A stretch of 32,000 bases of DNA, from contig NC_009925.1 in the NCBI RefSeq assembly GCF_000018105.1, positions 5,400,001 through 5,432,000 of the forward strand. Reading direction: 5' to 3'. The stretch's first letter is position 1; every line of letters starts with the position of its first letter. A program made the position numbers and the translations under genes. Positions 9,261 through 16,272 of this stretch are shown here, piece by piece. The stretch is from Acaryochloris marina MBIC11017 (lineage in GTDB: Bacteria > Cyanobacteriota > Cyanobacteriia > Thermosynechococcales > Thermosynechococcaceae). The notes below the pieces were generated by a model. The model saw nothing but the letters and a program-made list of their open reading frames with translations. It was not told the DNA's origin and did not search any database.

Positions 9261-9719
9261 TTATTCAGGAACAACTTCCACTTTGACGGTAGCAATGACT
9301 TCTGGGTGGAGCTTAATATCCACGGAGTAGGTTCCCAGCTTGCGGATATCAGGGATATCAATGCCCCGTTTGTCGATTTCGAAACCGCTGATATTGGCGA
9401 TAAGTTCGGCAACATCAGGAGAGGTTACCCGACCGAACAGCATATCTTCTTCGCCGGCCTTTTGTTCAATGCGGAAGGTGCCAATGGTTTGAAGGGCGAC
9501 CTTTTGTTTTGCGGCCTCGTCCTTAATGCCTTCTAGACGCTTGAGTTCTTCGGCTTTGCGATGCTCAATCTGCTTGAGCACGCCAGGAGTAGCTCGGTAA
9601 GCGATTCCTTTCGGAATTAAATAGTTGCGGGCATATCCAGGCGCAACTTCAACTAGGTCTCCTGAATAACCCAGTTTTCTAACATCTTCATTCAAAACGA
9701 GCTGAACGCGTTTTCCCAT
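9261..9719 (-). CDS. rplI: 50S ribosomal protein L9
   Basis: VQLVLNEDVRKLGYSGDLVEVAPGYARNYLIPKG is the canonical L9 N-domain. The gene sits immediately upstream of dnaB, as in many bacteria. Confidence 0.97.
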   Translation of the reverse strand: MGKRVQLVLNEDVRKLGYSGDLVEVAPGYARNYLIPKGIAYRATPGVLKQIEHRKAEELKRLEGIKDEAAKQKVALQTIGTFRIEQKAGEEDMLFGRVTSPDVAELIANISGFEIDKRGIDIPDIRKLGTYSVDIKLHPEVIATVKVEVVPE

Positions 9720-9859
9720 GGCCCTAAGTGCGTCGATACATAAATTTCAGTGAAAGCACTTGATCATACCTAACTTAGAGGTGCTTTGGCAATGTCAATT
9801 TTCGAGTGCCTAAGAACCGCTGATAGGTAGGGGTCGATAACAGGTGATTTTAAAAATGG

Positions 9860-9890
9860 TTGCGTAGGTGCAATGTAGATGTGCTAGAAT
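9860..9890 (+). promoter_or_regulatory. possible sigma70-type promoter for the tRNA-Tyr/tRNA-Thr pair
   Basis: TTGCGT (9860-9865) is followed by a 19-nt spacer and an extended -10 TGCTAGAAT (9882-9890), about 20 nt before the tRNA. The spacer is longer than optimal. Confidence 0.3.
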
Positions 9891-9911
9891 CCAAAGCTGT
9901 TGACAAAGTAG

Positions 9912-9993
9912 GGGTCGGTGCCCGAGTGGTTAATGGGGGCGGACTGTAAATCCGCTGGCTACGCCTACGCTGGTTCAAATCCAGCCCGGCCCA
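9912..9993 (+). tRNA. tRNA-Tyr (anticodon GTA), class II with long variable arm; CCA not encoded
   Basis: The acceptor stem is GGGTCGG/CCGGCCC. The anticodon arm is GCGGA-CTGTAAA-TCCGC. The variable arm is GGC-TAC-GCC and the T-arm GCTGG-TTCAAAT-CCAGC, with discriminator A. Confidence 0.95.
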
Positions 9994-10006
9994 TTGTCTT
10001 CGATTT

Positions 10007-10078
10007 GCCCATGTGGCTCAGTGGTAGAGCACACCCTTGGTAAGGGTGAGGTCACCGGTTCAATCCCGGTCATGGGCT
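10007..10078 (+). tRNA. tRNA-Thr (anticodon GGT); CCA not encoded
   Basis: The acceptor stem is GCCCATG/CATGGGC and the D-arm GCTC-AGTGGTA-GAGC. The anticodon arm is CACCC-TTGGTAA-GGGTG and the T-arm ACCGG-TTCAATC-CCGGT. It lies 13 nt after tRNA-Tyr. Confidence 0.95.
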
Positions 10079-10462
10079 TTAACTAGAAAATCGGCAGCAT
10101 TTCTCTAGAACGTTTCAATCTCATGCGTTGAGGTGAGAATCATCACAATGCAGGACGCTGCTCTTATGAGAGATAATTTCCATCTCTTTAATTTTCTGAC
10201 ATCTATTGATAACAAAGCTAGCATGGCGATATTTAGAATCGTCTTGTTACCGAGTACACCCCACACCCTAATGACATAAATCCTTAGCAGAGAATACTCA
10301 AAGGCTGGTGAAGTCTACAACCTGGCTTGTATGAAGGTGATTAAGGCGGGCAGGTTAGCTCTGGCTACCAATGGCATCTCCTCAGTCATAAACAGTTCTG
10401 TCAATCTTTTCATACAGACCTAATCAATACATTTTTAATTTTGGCAATCGAGAGGTGATTTT

Positions 10463-11200
10463 ATGAAGCTTAATCAGCTTATTGCTGTCATGCAGTCCGT
10501 GAAAAAAAGAGCTGCAGACGAAAAGACAAAGATATACAAACAGATTCAAAAACCTGAGCTATTTCAAGGTTTGTCGCGGACCTACTCACCGAAGGATGAA
10601 GAAGGCCACGTCTATCCCCCCGAGTCTCAAAAGGTCACATATAAGGCGGGAGATGCGCTAGAAGCCTTTTCAAGGGCCTGCCAAGATTTATTTGACAGTG
10701 CTTTGACCCAAGATGAAGCCAATACCTCAGCAAGGGCCAACATCACCTTGGATGACGGTACAGTAATTGCGTCAGATGTCCCAGTCACATACTTGATGTT
10801 CTTAGACAAGCAGTTGACTGATATCAGGACATTTATCAGCCATATCCCGATCTTGCCCATTGATGAAGACTGGGAATATGACTCTAACCGAGGGTTTTAT
10901 GTCACTCGCCCTCGCGAAACCACTAAGACCAAGAAGGTACAAGAGTTTGTGATCGCTGCCGAGGCAACCGAACATCACCCAGCCCAGGTCAAAGAGGTCA
11001 CCAACGATGTAGTTGAAGGAACTTGGTCTTTGGTTAAGTTCTCTGGTGCTTTGCCACAGTCAGAACTAGATGAAATGCGACTTCGACTGGATGCACTTCA
11101 AAAAGCTGTTATCAAAGCTAGAGAGGAAGCCAATAGCATCGAAATAACTCGAAGAACTATATCGAATAACATTTTTGACTATTTATTTGGGCAGCGTTAG
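10463..11200 (+). CDS. uncharacterised 245-aa protein with no domain recognised by eye
   Basis: A strong SD (GAGAGGTGA) ends 4 nt before the ATG. It is the only long ORF on this strand in the AT-rich islet. The composition looks soluble, with a helical N-terminus, an EATEHHPAQV motif and a C-terminal coiled-coil-like segment (LRLDALQKAVIKAREEAN). Confidence 0.75.
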   Translation: MKLNQLIAVMQSVKKRAADEKTKIYKQIQKPELFQGLSRTYSPKDEEGHVYPPESQKVTYKAGDALEAFSRACQDLFDSALTQDEANTSARANITLDDGTVIASDVPVTYLMFLDKQLTDIRTFISHIPILPIDEDWEYDSNRGFYVTRPRETTKTKKVQEFVIAAEATEHHPAQVKEVTNDVVEGTWSLVKFSGALPQSELDEMRLRLDALQKAVIKAREEANSIEITRRTISNNIFDYLFGQR

Positions 11201-11228
11201 ATTGAACAAGAGCATAGATTTAGATTCA

Positions 11229-11316
11229 GTATCAAAAAAAGTGATTGGATGGTTCAAATCCTCCCTCTCGCATCCTTAAGCGAGAGTATGCTAATGGGTA
11301 AAGCAGCTTTTGATAC
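11229..11316 (+). ncRNA. circularly permuted tRNA-like RNA A (YrlA/Y-RNA-like architecture)
   Basis: Reading 5' to 3', the closing strand is GTATC-AAA-AAAAG (11229-11241), followed by a 5-nt linker TGATT. The T-arm is GGA(T)GG-TTCAAAT-CCTCC (11247-11264). The 7-bp acceptor-like helix pairs CTCTCGC (11265-11271) with GCGAGAG (11280-11286) and is capped by the loop ATCCTTAA. TA then occupies the U8-A9 positions. The D-arm is TGCT-AATGGGTAA-AGCA (11289-11305). The closing strand CTTTT-GATAC (11307-11316) pairs back to the 5' end, leaving a 3-A bulge. Confidence 0.6.
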
Positions 11317-11387
11317 ATTAAGGCTAAAAAATTAAACTCAGTTTATTGCTCTAGTCTTAATCTAAAATCCACTCTTGTGAATCAACC

Positions 11388-11496
11388 AAAGCTCAACAAC
11401 ACATGGGATATACGAGTTCAACTCTCGTCCCGCTCCCCAAATCTTGAGCGGGTAGTTTAATGGCAAAACACCCTTGTATTAAGCTGATTGAGCTTT
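11388..11496 (+). ncRNA. circularly permuted tRNA-like RNA B (YrlA/Y-RNA-like architecture)
   Basis: The outer helix pairs AAAGCTCAA (11388-11396) with TTGAGCTTT (11488-11496). The inner helix pairs AACACATGGG (11398-11407) with CCCTTGTATT (11471-11480) at 8 of 10 positions. The T-arm ACGAG-TTCAACT-CTCGT (11412-11428) is perfect. The 7-bp acceptor-like helix pairs CCCGCTC (11429-11435) with GAGCGGG (11446-11452), with loop CCCAAATCTT. TA follows, then the D-arm GTTT-AATGGCA-AAAC (11455-11469). Confidence 0.65.
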
Positions 11497-11540
11497 AATC
11501 AGACATAAACTAGTCACAAGTTAATGGCTCTAATGCATTG

Positions 11541-11576
11541 AACCCCGGCAGGCGGTATTTGCCGGGGTTTGTCTTT
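11541..11576 (+). terminator. strong intrinsic terminator closing the ORF245 plus tRNA-like RNA unit
   Basis: A GC-rich 9-bp stem pairs AACCCCGGC (11541-11549) with GCCGGGGTT (11561-11569) around an 11-nt loop. A T-rich run TTTGTCTTT spans 11568-11576, its first two Ts closing the stem. On the minus strand the tail is poor, so it is mainly plus-strand. Confidence 0.8.
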
Positions 11577-12059
11577 AGCCATACTCACATTCAGCGGTGG
11601 CATGATGACATGCCATCCCAATCTGGGTTAAGAGCATCTTCGAAACGCGTCCATGAATGCATAATCAAGGGTTAACGATAGTTTCGAACTTAGGTACAAG
11701 AAACTCCAAAGTATGCCCCCAATTTCAGTGGCAGCAGCCTAATCAGAACCCGGAAATTCTTAGGAATTGATTACATCGCAAGATACTTATTTTTTACTAA
11801 AATTTCTCTTTAAAATATCGACAACCAAACTTTTCAGTTTACACAGCTAAACATAAATAGCGCCACTCTGTACTGCTATTGTCAGTCAAAATTAGTTGAT
11901 ATAGATATTTTCACGAAGTGATAAATTAGCAAAAAAAGCTAGCCACACTTAGAACTAAGCAAACGAGTATTTATTTAGCTACACTCAAAGACAATTGCCA
12001 TAAAATAGATAATTTTATCTAACTCTGGAAATCCAAGCTAGAGTATTTCTATCTGCTGA

Positions 12060-12536
12060 TTACAACATAATCGTCGTCGCTTCATTCTCATCTAATAGAG
12101 ATGAGCAACCATATTGAGTAATCTGCGAAAAATCAGCCAAGGAATCCTCTTTAGTTATGATCTGACTAGATGAATAAAAAACCGCCTTGATCACCCCTCC
12201 AAACAAAATTCGATCGCCATTCACTAGAGTATGTCTTTGAACACGGCTGCCATTGACAAAGACACCATTAAAGCTCGATTTGCCATCAACCACACCATCA
12301 ATCAGTTCATATTGATAAGTTCCTTGGCTTAAATCAGATATCTTCTCCACAGTGGCATGGATACGGGAAATCATATCATTGGCTACAACAATATCACTGG
12401 ATGAATCTCGACCAATGGTGTACTTCCAGTTCATTAATGTGACTATTTTTTTAGGCTTTGTGTTAATAACAAGATAATGATGCTGCTTGAAGTGATGTGT
12501 TTGTTGATACATACTATTTCTGTATATGCATATCAA
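12060..12536 (-). CDS. stand-alone FHA-domain protein
   Basis: The FHA signature is YTIGRDSSSDIVVANDMISRIHATV ... SSFNGVFVNGSRV ... LVNGDRILFGG. The start is ambiguous: the Met at 12536, or the Met at 12512 (MYQQTHH). Confidence 0.8.
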   Translation of the reverse strand: MICIYRNSMYQQTHHFKQHHYLVINTKPKKIVTLMNWKYTIGRDSSSDIVVANDMISRIHATVEKISDLSQGTYQYELIDGVVDGKSSFNGVFVNGSRVQRHTLVNGDRILFGGVIKAVFYSSSQIITKEDSLADFSQITQYGCSSLLDENEATTIML

Positions 12537-12952
12537 ATACCTAAGATCTTTCTTGAGATACTTAATATAATTGTTGTTCTATTACAATAATTTCTAGAGA
12601 TATTGAACGTGATTTATATCACATTTCCCCGCAAAAACTCTTAAGCCACCAAATATAGTCAGACCTCGCTTAAAAATAATTAATTTTATATTCGTTGTTA
12701 GAACTTAAAAAATTACTTAGACTAAAATCGTCAATTCAATATCTATAGAAATTCACCCAATTCTGGCCAAATCATAGTCAGAATTGAGCATGGTAACACT
12801 TAAGATAAACTGGCTTAAAAAATAACCCTGCGTAGCTGCATTAACCTTGGCAGTTCATAAAGGAATCAATTTAACCCACAAATGCCAATCAAGAGACATG
12901 TCTGTCAATTATGGGCAGATTATCGTTGGGATTCTGACACCATACGTAAAAT

Positions 12953-13339
12953 TTAGCTTTGGTCACTGGCTGTTGGAGGATCAGGCACTTCAGGAGGCGG
13001 TACCTTTTGCAGATAAGGTTCAATGGGCACCACAGTTGTCATTTTGTTGAGAATGGCCTCGATTTCGCTCAGGTACTCACATTGAAAGCGATCTTGAGTA
13101 GATAAGACTCGCCGTAAAGCATCCACCACAATTTTCTCGCAGGCTTCAGCAGACAATCCCATTTCACTCTGATGCCCAACTATAAAGTGATGTAAGAAAT
13201 ATGCGTATCCTCCCGTCATTAATCCCTGTAGCAGCGTATTTTCTTGCCTAAGGGCTTCTAGTTCTTGTTCAAGATTTTCCATAGTACTTGGTGAGGGAAG
13301 GAGACAATTGACATCATGGTCCAATCCAAATTCTTTCAT
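12953..13339 (-). CDS. hypothetical protein
   Basis: 128-aa ORF with a coiled-coil-like segment (ENLEQELEALRQENTLLQ) and a Pro-rich C-terminus. I recognise no family. Confidence 0.5.
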   Translation of the reverse strand: MKEFGLDHDVNCLLPSPSTMENLEQELEALRQENTLLQGLMTGGYAYFLHHFIVGHQSEMGLSAEACEKIVVDALRRVLSTQDRFQCEYLSEIEAILNKMTTVVPIEPYLQKVPPPEVPDPPTASDQS

Positions 13340-13452
13340 GAAAGCTGCTATGGATACCAGTATCAGTCGGTGATTGAGGATCTCAGGCCAAAATTGTGTT
13401 GCTTGTGTCAGTTCTGATTACGATAGATAAGGCATGACGAATGGAATAAAAG

Positions 13453-14064
13453 ATGATCAAACGTTGGTTTGCGATCGCACTATTGTCTCTAATCACTTGG
13501 CTAGGCCCCGTCAGTATGGCGGCTCAGGCCCAAGACCTCGCCAAGGCCACCTTTGCGGGCGGTTGTTTCTGGTGTATGGAGAAGCCCTTTGATGTGATTG
13601 ATGGTGTCGTTTCCACCACATCAGGATATACTGGCGGCAAAAAATTGAATCCTACCTATAAAGAGGTATCGTCCGGAAAAACCGGTCATGCGGAATCCGT
13701 ACAGGTGGAATATGACCCTAGTAAAGTCAGCTATGAAACCCTACTAGAGGCATTTTGGACCAATGTTGATCCATTGGATGCTGGGGGACAATTTTGCGAT
13801 CGCGGTGACCAATACCGCACCAATGTCTTCTACCATTCAGACGAGCAAAAAGCCCTCGCCGAAAAATCTAAAGCTGAAATAGATAACTCTGGTAAATTTG
13901 CCACGCCCATCGTCACGGAAATTGTCGCCGCTGAGACCTTTTATCCTGCAGAAGACTATCACCAAAACTATTACCAAACCAACTCTAATTGGTATCGCTT
14001 TTACCGGTACAGCTGTGGCCGAGATCAGCGACTCGCTAAACTCTGGGGAGAAGAAAATAGCTAA
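13453..14064 (+). CDS. msrA: peptide-methionine (S)-S-oxide reductase MsrA with N-terminal signal peptide
   Basis: The catalytic motif GGCFWCME and the GHAESVQVEYDP and DYHQNYY motifs are present. The N-terminus MIKRWFAIALLSLITWLGPVSMAAQA looks like a Sec signal. Confidence 0.95.
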   Translation: MIKRWFAIALLSLITWLGPVSMAAQAQDLAKATFAGGCFWCMEKPFDVIDGVVSTTSGYTGGKKLNPTYKEVSSGKTGHAESVQVEYDPSKVSYETLLEAFWTNVDPLDAGGQFCDRGDQYRTNVFYHSDEQKALAEKSKAEIDNSGKFATPIVTEIVAAETFYPAEDYHQNYYQTNSNWYRFYRYSCGRDQRLAKLWGEENS

Positions 14065-14088
14065 TCCAAATTCCCCTATCGAAGCAAG

Positions 14089-14688
14089 CTAGACATCTGC
14101 AGTCAGTCCAAGAAATTCAGAGAATCGTGCATAGGTTGTATCGATACTCCTATCGATCTCACTCCGTCTTTCCACAAAGGTGAAGGAAGCTGTTTCACTC
14201 GACTTCTGGATAAAATTCACTTGAATATGCGAGTAAGTATTTTTACCAATCGGAAACCAACCAGATTTTTCTACCTGAATCACTTCACACCTAGCAATAT
14301 CCTGTAAGTTGCCTTCTACTTTTTGGCGACGGAGGTAGCTGTTCTGTTCAATGACATATTGATCTTGAGCTTTATCAAAATGGCATCGCAGAACCTTTCC
14401 CTGCAGAAGCCAAAGCCAGAATCCTAACACCGCCATCAGACATCGAACCGGGATAAACGCCTGATGATTGAAAAAGTCATATCCACTGGAATCAGCCCAG
14501 AACAAATTGGAGAAGAAAGGCAACAGCGAGAGCATTAGAATCCACAGTCCAATCCCACGCCCGGGGAAAGAAACATCTGCATCCAGAATCAGGACTTGAT
14601 CGTCTTTTTCAGTGACCCATAAGCCCACACGGGTGCTCACTTGACGCATAAATGCCGCTTGGATATTACCCATTTGGTCTGAGAACAT
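14089..14688 (-). CDS. hypothetical membrane protein
   Basis: 199-aa ORF with two to three hydrophobic segments (GLWILMLSLLPFF, CLMAVLGFWLWLL). No motif recognised. It lies 88 nt downstream of the invertase gene on the same strand. Confidence 0.5.
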   Translation of the reverse strand: MFSDQMGNIQAAFMRQVSTRVGLWVTEKDDQVLILDADVSFPGRGIGLWILMLSLLPFFSNLFWADSSGYDFFNHQAFIPVRCLMAVLGFWLWLLQGKVLRCHFDKAQDQYVIEQNSYLRRQKVEGNLQDIARCEVIQVEKSGWFPIGKNTYSHIQVNFIQKSSETASFTFVERRSEIDRSIDTTYARFSEFLGLTADV

Positions 14689-14776
14689 GAATAACTTTAA
14701 TTTTTATCCTCGCCATTCCAAGGATGCCCGATCGTCAGAACAGGACAGACATGAGACAAAATCGAGTTTAGCTCTA

Positions 14777-16159
14777 TCAGACTTCTGAGCTATCCTCTTC
14801 GTCAAAAATAAGCGGAGCAATCTGCTCTGGATTGTCTTGGAGCAACGTCGCCAACAGAAAACTAGCAATGGTCCAGGTTTGATATTTCCGCGAAGATTTA
14901 CCAACCAAACGTCCATTCTTACCGTCATAATATTCAGGCCATTCGTCTTCTTCAAAGCGGTAGGACGCAGTCATCCAAGCCTGTTCACCTAATTTTTGGC
15001 GTTTGGTTTTAATGGCAGCCGCCATCAACATCCACAGCAAAACGGGCCAGCTGCCACCATTGTGATAGGACCAGGGGGTATTTTTAGGATCCGAACCCGT
15101 CGTAATCCGCCACTCTAACCCTTCTACCGCCGGAAAACAGATTTTCATGGGCATCCGCCCGACTAAATCGTCCCACTGTAGCTCAATTAAATCCATAATT
15201 TGTTGACTCTGAGTCGAATCAGCCAGAGAAGTGATGATCGCCATTAAATTTCCCAAGGCAAAGAAGCGAAAATCCATTCGACTAGGGCCAAGGTTTCCAG
15301 CCAAATACCCTGCCCAGTCTGGCATCCATTCCGTTAGCCAGTAGGGGATGGAATCAGGATAAATATTGAACTTATTCATCACTGACTCCCCAAATTGATC
15401 TCCCTTATAGCGGTGAATTTCATTGAGTTTGTCTAGATCCAGCCAATAGTAGTGGCGCACCCGAAACCTCAGCGCCTTCAAGCGTTCATCAATTTTTCGA
15501 ATCCAGGCCGCTCCTTCTGAAGTGGGTGTCAACAACTCCCTTGCCGATCGCAATGCCCCGTAAAACAACGCTTGGATTTCCAACGGATGGCCATCAATCC
15601 CCATGCGGCGATCAATCATACAGGCCGCATCAGGCACCAACAAAGTGGGGGACATCTCAAACTGCGGACTGAGACAAAGCTTGAGAATCAGGTGCAACCC
15701 TTCCTGAAAATCAGATCCCTCCGCTAAAGCAGTATCTCCAGACGCTTTCCCATACGCCCGCAGGACAATAATCCACCACAAACACGAATCAATCGGTGTT
15801 ACTCGACCAATCGCATGGTCGCCAAAGTCAGCCGTGAGATATTGACGATCTGCGTCCGATTGCACCTTAAAGCTGGCAGGCATCAGTCCCAGAGGAACCT
15901 CAAAGCCATCCACACGCCGAACCTGCTTTTGTAACCCTAAGGTCTCCACCAAAAAGTTTTTAACAATATCATGTCGTTTCTGCAGCAAAAAGACGAAGGC
16001 GGAAGGGACAAAATCCCGCACAAAGCACTGATCGTAATTCAGGGCATCCGCTTCTGGATCCTGAGCAGCAATCGTGCCCACGGGGCGTTCCTGATAGTAG
16101 ATAATGGCAGACTCATGCAGCTTTTCTGCCAATTGGAGAATCGGTAATTCAGACATCAT
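14777..16159 (-). CDS. alkaline/neutral invertase (glycoside hydrolase family 100)
   Basis: [44 protein letters not shown] and [12 protein letters not shown] are typical GH100 invertase blocks. The likely start is MMSELP at 16159; the ORF-track start at 16192 adds 11 aa. Confidence 0.9.
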   Translation of the reverse strand: MMSELPILQLAEKLHESAIIYYQERPVGTIAAQDPEADALNYDQCFVRDFVPSAFVFLLQKRHDIVKNFLVETLGLQKQVRRVDGFEVPLGLMPASFKVQSDADRQYLTADFGDHAIGRVTPIDSCLWWIIVLRAYGKASGDTALAEGSDFQEGLHLILKLCLSPQFEMSPTLLVPDAACMIDRRMGIDGHPLEIQALFYGALRSARELLTPTSEGAAWIRKIDERLKALRFRVRHYYWLDLDKLNEIHRYKGDQFGESVMNKFNIYPDSIPYWLTEWMPDWAGYLAGNLGPSRMDFRFFALGNLMAIITSLADSTQSQQIMDLIELQWDDLVGRMPMKICFPAVEGLEWRITTGSDPKNTPWSYHNGGSWPVLLWMLMAAAIKTKRQKLGEQAWMTASYRFEEDEWPEYYDGKNGRLVGKSSRKYQTWTIASFLLATLLQDNPEQIAPLIFDEEDSSEV

Positions 16160-16242
16160 GCCCCTCTGTTCTTGATGGGAACATGGTTCCAAAGCGAATG
16201 CTCCCGTTGGATAGTACTCAGGATACCCATCGAGCCGGAAGG

Positions 16243-16272
16243 ATTATAATAGTCGAGTAAAGAGCAGCTAAA
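16243..16272 (-). promoter_or_regulatory. possible promoter of the invertase gene
   Basis: On the minus strand, TTTAGC (16267-16272) is followed by 18 nt and then a perfect TATAAT (16243-16248). The site overlaps the stop codon of the upstream kinase gene. Confidence 0.35.

Noticed and set aside
10148-10288. A 46-codon ORF (MQDAALMRDNFHLF...) just after tRNA-Thr, with GAGGTGA 11 nt upstream.
   Set aside because: It is short, has low-complexity AT-rich coding and suboptimal SD spacing, and I have no way to test conservation here. This is not enough to call a gene.
11229-11496. Ordinary tRNA genes, tandem tRNA copies or tRNA pseudogenes (either strand).
   Set aside because: The order T-arm, acceptor 3' strand, acceptor 5' strand, D-arm cannot come from a colinear tRNA. 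On the minus strand the loops would read ATTTGAA rather than TTCAAAT. No D-arm or anticodon arm precedes the T-arm of A, and no matching T-arm plus acceptor 3' strand follows either D-arm.
11398-11500. Two-piece (permuted) tmRNA gene, as known in some cyanobacteria and alpha-proteobacteria, which would explain a T-arm/acceptor/CCA segment upstream of a 5' acceptor strand.
   Set aside because: The acceptor helix GAGCGGG/CCCGCTC lacks the G3-U70 alanine identity pair. A full 4-bp D-stem is present, whereas tmRNA has none. No downstream tag reading frame ending in Ala-Ala-stop is visible. A second element with the same topology sits 100 nt upstream.
10079-12952. Integrated prophage or genomic island at tRNA-Thr.
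   Set aside because: I found no integrase, recombinase, phage structural gene or direct repeat of the tRNA 3' end by eye. I report it only as a compositional islet, not as a mobile element.
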